Positions 55,312 through 64,000 of a stretch of 64,000 nt of DNA are shown piece after piece. Numbering within the stretch: position 1 is the stretch's first letter; each line of letters starts with the position of its first letter. The notes below the pieces were generated by a model. It did no database searches, had not been told where the DNA came from, and was given only the letters and a program-made list of their open reading frames with translations. The position numbers and the translations under genes were made by a program. Source of the DNA: Octopus vulgaris (Eukaryota); NCBI GenBank assembly GCA_951406725.2, contig OX597825.1, positions 7,502,001 to 7,566,000 of the forward strand. The letters are read 5' to 3'.

Positions 55312-56050
55312 CACACACACACACAAAAGGTGGTATTTCATTTTCTGGACGGAACGGGCTTCCGTAAATCAGTGACTATTTGTACTGAATCCAAACAGTA
55401 ACTCACCGCTCATAGCCTTGCAACAACATCCCCTGATGAAGCTGACAGTTCAATACATGCTAATGAATTGAACTGACTTACACGAAATACCACGTTATCC
55501 GGAACCAGCGTGTCTTATTTCTACTTAATAAGATTTTTTTGACTTACTGACTTCACGCAATTAATCGCACTCAAATTCTTCTTTCTTATTGGTTTTTAAC
55601 ATTTTGCCGAATTTGTTTCCCAATAATTCTTCGCTATCTGTAGATGCTAGTGACAAAGCCCAAGGAGGTTGAAGTACGAATCCAGCTGCCCTACCGCAAC
55701 TGTAGGACTATTTTCGACTGCTTCGAATATATCTGTGTTTTTATGCGCAGCACGCCCACATAAGATAATATCTTCGGATGAATACCGAAGTAAATTTCAA
55801 TTTTCGCGATACATATTCTTTAAGTATGATAAATAAATAGCTACTTCAATCTAATATTACATCTGTTGCTTGTAATGATACCCCCTCATTCTCTCTTTCT
55901 CCCTCTCTATATATACACACACACACGCACTTATACATATACACATGTATGTATATCTATATACACATACATTTACACACATATACATATATACAGCTAT
56001 ATCTACATCTCTCTCTCCATATATATATATACATATATGTATATCCTGAA

Positions 56051-56407
56051 CTGTGAGCCGCATAGCTCAGTGGTTAGAGCGTCGAGCTTACGATCGTGAG
56101 GTTGTGAGTTCGAATTTCGGACCGGGCTGCGTGTTGTGTTCTTGAGCAAGACACTTTATTTCACTTGCTCTAGTTCACTCAACTGTAGAAATGAGTTGCG
56201 ACATCACAGAAATGAGTTGCGACATGTTGTATCGGCCCCTTCACCTTTCCCTTGGATAACACAGGTGGCGTGGAGAAGGGAGGCTGGTATGCATGGGCGA
56301 CTGGTAGTCTTCCATAAACAAACTTGCCCGGACTTGTAACTCGGAGAGTAACTTTCTAGGTGCAGTCCCATGGTCAGTCATGACCGGAGGGGGTCTCAGC
56401 TCAGCTC
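56051..56407 (+). mobile_element. tRNA-derived SINE family C, full length with 10 bp TSD
   Basis: A box TAGCTCAGTGG, B box GTTCGAATT, CORE-like CTTGAGCAAGACACTT and a (CTCAG)n tail. TSD ATATCCTGAA occurs at 56041 and 56408. There is an internal duplication of AGAAATGAGTTGCGACAT. Confidence 0.88.
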
Positions 56408-56799
56408 ATATCCTGAATTATATTGATAGCTTACATAAATCACATACAAAATATCAAACCAAATAAAATAGATATTTCACGCTCATCATATGTAGGTACC
56501 CCCCTACATATGTAGGAAAAGGAAGCTAGCAACACGCCGCAGAAGCTTTTCTTATGGCGATGCATTAAAATAAAATGAGAGCCAATTGCCAATTGCGTAA
56601 AGTTATCCAATGAAAAACAGACTCAAAGTATCTTTGGCGCATCAACGATTTGACATGAACCATGAAAGTGAGTTTTATGAGTTCTCGCCAAAAGTTGGCG
56701 GTGTCGTAAGCCTCACGCCGTTACACATTGTTTCCACCTATTATAGTGTTCAAATCAATTCAACGCTGATTATATATATATATATATATATATATGTTC

Positions 56800-57000
56800 T
56801 TTTATTTTTATATTTGTTTCTTGTTTCAGTCATTTGACTGCGGCCATGCTGGAGCACCGCCTTATTCTCTATAAGCCTATTACTTATTCTATCAGTTCTT
56901 TTGCCGAAACGCTAAGTTATGGGGGCGTAAACACACCAGCATTGGCTTTCAAGTGATGTTAGGGACACACACACACACACACATACACACACACACACAT

Positions 57001-57076
<76 letters not shown>

Positions 57077-57233
57077 GATGGGCTTCTTTCAGTTTTCGTC
57101 AACCAAATCCATTCACAAGGCTTCGGTCGGCCCGAGGCTATAGTAGAAGACACTTGCCCAAGGTGAAACGCAGTAGGACTGAACCTAGAACATTGTGGTT
57201 GGTAAGCAATCTACTTACCACATAGCCACTCCT
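56800..57233 (-). mobile_element. SINE family B, second copy
   Basis: Reverse complement of 16266-16722, with an internal (TA)n(TG)n at the same position. Confidence 0.85.
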
Positions 57234-57235
57234 AC

Positions 57236-57273
<38 letters not shown>

Positions 57274-57966
57274 TTATGTATGAATGTATATGTATGTATA
57301 TATATATATATTATTCGTATGAATGTATACGTATGTATATATGCATATACATACATATATATATATATATATATTATTCGTGTCAATAAGCATGTATGTG
57401 TGTCTCCTGGTTTTAATTAAGATTCAGTAAATTTCTTCAGCAATAGCCATACATTATAATATGTACACACATCATAACGCAGATAAACCCGCACACAACA
57501 CACACACACACACACACACATTTCAACAATGACTTAATGATACCCCCCAGCATAAGCACATATATGCAGTTATTTAAATTCATATATTCAAAGTACATTT
57601 CAACATATATGCACCTACAATCACTTATACACACGTATATGTACATTTTCGTAATTATATACACGCATAATTATTATATACATATATATGAAATTATATA
57701 TGCAGATATCTATGCGTCTGATATGTGTGTTGTGGAGTAAGTGTGGCGTATCGTTCTTAGTTCTGTTTATCATCCATATATTTAGCGGTCATACTTCAAA
57801 TGTATGAATTATCCGTTAGTACTGAAGTAAAATGTGGATGTTGAGATATATTTTCTACGTAACAATTGATATTTATGAAGAAACCGATAACAATAAAGGA
57901 GCAGTAGACAGACACAAATGTGTTCATAAATGTATTAGTGTATTATCGCATGTGTATGATTATATA

Positions 57967-58042
<76 letters not shown>

Positions 58043-58194
58043 TATAAATACATATGCATGTATGCGTGTGTATGCATACATGTATATTTATCTATGTATA
58101 TACATATGTACGTATACATGTGCATGCATATATGTATATATATATGTATATACATGCATATATGTATATATATATGCATGTATAATTGTATGCA

Positions 58195-58256
<62 letters not shown>

Positions 58257-58420
58257 CATGTATATGTGTGTATACATTTATATATAAATATATATATACT
58301 TACAATTATGTGCATAAGAGCACCTATCTGACAATCGACGGGTGTGTATATCAATTTATATATAAGAACTTATTCCATTATTACTAATGACAGTAATTTG
58401 ATAATTTTATTATACTGCAT

Positions 58421-58487
<67 letters not shown>

Positions 58488-58689
58488 GCCCATTTTTTAT
58501 GTATCATTGACAAACATTTGCATAGACGCACATAATTCCACCGAACATCTAAGTCGTATACATACATAAACATACGCATATTTACGCACACGGATTCACA
58601 TATATACAATAACACGTAAATCCAGGCACACAAACAAACATACCTGTTTATATAATACATACTTTTATACATTACACACACACACACAC

Positions 58690-59245
<556 letters not shown>

Positions 59246-60134
59246 GTAAGAATATTATATTCACCACCCTTTCCCAATCGCTGTGACGGAAGAATAACAT
59301 AATCATCGACTTTTAAACTAGTCTGGGTGTCATAAATTTATTTTTTTCTTTTGCTATTGTTGTTGTGTTATCGTTGTGCGCTTTGGCACGTCGGAAACGT
59401 TGTTCGCCATATCTGTGAAATATTTATCCATATATAATAGCTCATTTCCATAAATTAATTTTATATTCTATTTTTAACGTGGATTTAGGCATTTCGAACA
59501 CACTTGTAACGTTTGCCATAGTAAAAATTGTATGCATCTGTCTTCTTGATGTTTCGGCTCTTTCTGCACATCATCGGTTTCCCTGTTACGCTGTATGTAA
59601 CTACCAACACATTTACGATTCTCTTTGATGTTTCTCTGAAAAAAAAACCCCACACAATGTGTCTAGAGGTAATCTACAACGTATACATTCATACATACAT
59701 AACAAATATATATATATATATAGTCATATGACATTATTTTAGATTCAATTGTCTCGTCGTGTTTCTGTATTAGTTGTACTTATGTATCCGAGTATATTTT
59801 ATTATTTTCGTCTCTGAATTTGATTGTTTCTCACTTTATTGATTCTTTTGTCTCATCTCGTTCAAAAAAAAAAAAAAAAAATCAGAAAAAACCCACCGAA
59901 AAGAAACAATATCTGGTTATAACCACAAAATACGTATTTATCCGTGTAAAAATATACGCGGCCGCGTATGTGTATTCGTGTGCAGATGTATGCATTATAT
60001 ATGTATATATATGTGTATCTATCTATTTACATATCTATCACTTTCTCCCCTCTCTCTCTATAATATATATATATATATACGTACACACACATTCATATAT
60101 ATACACACATTCGTATATATATATACACACATTC

Positions 60135-60168
<34 letters not shown>

Positions 60169-60207
60169 ATACACATTCATAGATATACATATTGATATAT
60201 ATACACA

Positions 60208-60257
<50 letters not shown>

Positions 60258-60599
60258 CACACATATATACATATACATATATATACACATACACATACAT
60301 ATATACACACATTCACACACACATATATATATACACACATTCATGTATATATACACGCATTCAAACACACACACACACATATATATATAAATATATACTT
60401 GTATATATGCATGTGTTTGTGTACGTGTGTTAGTGTATATGTGTATATCTTTCGACAAGCTGACTTTCCATGCATGATTATATTTTTATGTTTTCGTCAG
60501 TCATAGAACCAAGAAGCCACAACCGACATTTCACTATCTAAATAACATTTGGCGTTTAAAATACTTTTTTTTCAACCATTTGACTGGTTTACACAACTT

Positions 60600-60950
60600 C
60601 ACTTCAGCTTTTTCCAGGAACGAATCCTTCTCACGGTTTCTTTTTCGCTGGCGATACCTCAGAAGACTCGAATGATGTCGAAATGCTGTAGATCTCTTAT
60701 ACTTTGGACGGTGCCGCCCCTACTATCGCAATCTCCCTGAACCTCATCAAGTGAACGGCCACCAAACACTCTGGTTGCCTCTCACAAACGAACATACACC
60801 AAACGCCGGTCCACAATCCTGTTCACACGTTTCTTTGTCCTTCCTATTACTAGTGATATAACATCTGTTCCTCGTAGGTCGTTCGTCTCCCATATTCTGC
60901 ATTACTCAGGCAACGTTTCTCGTTTCCACCACTAATGACCCTTCTTGCAT
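60600..60950 (-). mobile_element. Possible degraded RTE-type LINE 3' coding remnant
   Basis: Minus-strand pieces (RRL, ERQPECLV, EVQG...KGRHRP) recall the RLxWxGH...GxRxxGRP end of RTE ORFs. It has multiple frameshifts. Confidence 0.3.
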
Positions 60951-62626
60951 TGACTTTTTCTCGATTCAGAATACACACACACATCAAATGGTCCTACGGG
61001 ATCCGTTCTCTGCTGCTGTCTTTAATGCAAGTGTTGGCCCAACCTCACTGCTTCTAAATAATTCTGTATAAAACATTACTCAGTATGTGTGATTGAATAC
61101 ATTGGAGTGGAACTTTAGAGACATGACTTAATGTTAGTCTCTGCTAAGTTCATCCGTTCCTATCTTACTGATCTGTTACTCTTTGAAAGACTTATACAAT
61201 GGTTCTATCAGTGCGGTACCCGAAATTTTAAGTTCCACCAGGAGTTTGTGTCGAGTGATACGTTGGAATCTACTCCATTAGGTCCTACACTGTTTATATA
61301 TACATACATATACATACATATATACATACGTACATACATATATATACATACATATATATACATATATATATATACATATATATATATATACAGAATGTGT
61401 TATAATACTATTCCACAAATACAAAAACAGCCATACCAACAATCCAACATACCTCCATCATCAATTGCCCCACAGTTATCATTATGGTTTCGACACCTGA
61501 GCAGTACCATTCAATCCGGCCGTGTCAACAGCACTAAAATAAGTGTTGTTTGATAATACATATATACATACATACATATATATGTATGTATATGTATGTA
61601 TAGATAGATAATGCACATGATTATATGTTTTTATTCATTTAACTTTTTATACAATTGACCGGTGCACGCAGTTACAGAATTCGTTTCGTATCTAACATTA
61701 CGAGATTCCCATATTTACCATTAAAACTGTACTGAGACTATGTTGAAAATGTACATAATACAGAACAAGGGTAAAATATTACAAATGTATATAATATATA
61801 ACAAGGATAAATGGTGGCTGTATTTACTGTACATAATTCATTGGCAAAAATCACGTTCCAATCAGATGATGATTTGTTGTTATGACAAACGTATTCTCTA
61901 TGAGTATTTGCGATTGTCTTCGGGAAATCCTTCAATTACTCTATGTAGGTTTATATGTTTCAGTCATGATATTGGTACCGTTTGGTTCGATCGATTATAG
62001 CAATGAACTGTGTGTTAGGAAACAATTGGGTCGATCGCTCATATAATCGATACTGAAAGCCACTAACTAGCGCTCAATTCTCGCCGAATTTATATATCTT
62101 TTTTAAACAATTGACGGTTTGTTTTTCGAAGAATTACGCTATGCAACATGAAATACGATACAAGACTACACCGGAATGTGAATTTAGAAAGACTTTAATT
62201 CTTAGTAAATGGTAAAACTATCTTGAATGTATTTGGCAACGGTAAGTTTTAAACAGGAAGTATTGACTGGTGTCATTGTAAATAGTTCTAAAACCGGAAA
62301 CTTCCAGAAGTATTTCATTTACATAGAAATCAATCTTCGATTTCTGCAATTTTTTTGTGAATGTTTTTAAAATATTATTTGCAAAACACATTCTGCAGAT
62401 AACCAAAATTGACATCATTTGTGTGTACAACAGACGGGGTCAATATTAAATAGATTTCATGCCAAGTAGTTCCTGGTTTGAAAAGATATGCAATTTTCCA
62501 GTATACAATTGGTCACAATGATTGCAAAACTCAAATACACACACACACGCATTAAAACAGACACTGAAAAATTTGGTACATTTCTAATATAACCCTACGG
62601 TATATATGTCTTTCTCCCCTCTTTCA

Positions 62627-62661
<35 letters not shown>

Positions 62662-62730
62662 CCGGAGTAAGCACATAAATGTGAAACAAGGTGGGAAAAA
62701 GAATACTCAAATGCCAGAGGTAGAGTAATA

Positions 62731-62892
62731 TGCTTTATTTAAAAGCAGCAGAAATTCAACAAAACCTGTTACTTGGAGTTTCACGTTCCCGTTCGTCTGA
62801 CAGTTTTTTTTTAACAAAACTATCAGACGAACGGGAACGTGAAACTCCGAGTAACAGCTATTGTTATATTTCTGCTGCTTTTAAATAAAGTA
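62731..62892. repeat. Palindrome (~76 bp arms), each arm carrying a hammerhead-like fold
   Basis: 62731-62806 is the reverse complement of 62816-62892 with a few mismatches. Each arm reads CT(G/A)T-CAGACGA-ACG-GGAA-CGT-GAAA-CT-CC(A/G)-AG-TA-ACAG outward from the centre. Confidence 0.9.
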
Positions 62893-64000
62893 TATATACA
62901 TATAAATAAATATATATGTAAATATATATATATATATGCACACATGAAAATGCACATAGACCACATATACACTAACAAAAAATCACGGGTACGCATATGT
63001 GTATATCTCCGTATGTATGTATTTGTAATCGCACACAAAGAGTTGTGTATTCTAAACTTGGAAGCGTAATTCTTGTAAGATTTAATTCGTCTTAATTACT
63101 ACAGGGAATTGTTTCACTAGCCCCCAACACACACAGACACACACACAGACGCGCACACACTATTTTCATTTAATACGTTGACTCAATTCCATTTATCAAT
63201 AATTGGGTTTACTATCAATAAAACACTCCCGTATAAGATTGAAACCTCGTGAGAGTCTCCGGGATTTCTACACGAGATATTGTCAGCCATTTCCTATTTT
63301 ACCATTGCAATATTTCATTTTGTCCCTTTCGTATCGTTATTGGCATGACTGAGCCTGAATGGCATTTGCTATTCAATGTGAGGGCCATAAGAAATGTTAA
63401 GACGAGCAGAAAATGATGCATGTTACATGGATAATACATATAGAAATAAAATTTAAATGATGAAATATGCCTGCTAATATTCAGAAATGTAATATTTGGT
63501 TGCTCACATAATAGCATTATGTTACACTAAATCCTTGAATTGTAGAAAAATGAAATATTAATCTTAGATTACTTTCCTTGCGAATGCAGTACACATCAGT
63601 TCAGCATAAGCAACTGTTAGAAATCTGTGGTAGCTAACTCTATCCTACTTTCCATACACTGAATATTATACAGTGTCGTTAACTTTTAAGCGCCAGTACA
63701 TAGGCACGCGGCAATACATACGCTTGTTTACACGTATACAAATGTAATTCCTTTCTCAATAACATAAAAAAAAAATATGTTTCAGACCTCTTACCGGAAT
63801 TGGTAAGGAAAATGTGAAAATTTAATAAAAATTGTAAAACAGAAACAAGTTTTGTTTACAGTCGAATTTGTCTGGCAAAATAGCTGTTCACTACACACGT
63901 TATACATACCTTTACATATATTAATTACGAAGATACACAAATACACACAAGCACCCGGTATATGTGCACACATACACAACACATACGCACACACACACCT

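Noticed and set aside
56056-56127. tRNA gene
   Set aside because: It continues into a SINE body with tail and TSD.

Overview
AT-rich eukaryotic non-coding DNA (intergenic or intronic), saturated with microsatellites: (TA)n, (CA)n, (CT)n, (AAT)n, (TAGA)n and (CAT)n. The repeat landscape resembles a cephalopod (Octopus-type) genome; this is an inference, not a database result. I found no supportable host protein-coding exon. Nearly all ORFs in the track are translations of simple repeats. Recognisable content is transposon debris: an RTE-clade LINE, several R4/Dong-type LINE fragments (two sitting in (TAA)n), an L1/Tx1-like 3' end, mariner and Tc1-like remnants, hAT-type MITEs, a Helitron 3' end and at least four tRNA-derived SINE families. 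The most notable signal is about eight type-I hammerhead ribozyme (HHR) folds from about five unrelated repeat families. They include one complete fold at 49626-49684 next to a Penelope-like GIY-YIG remnant, a pair in the two arms of a palindrome at 62731-62892, and a composite tRNA-head + (AAT)n + hammerhead element at 52560-52848. Also notable are a SINE trimer inside a single target-site duplication and repeated local inverted duplications. Folds and translations were read by eye; none was computed.
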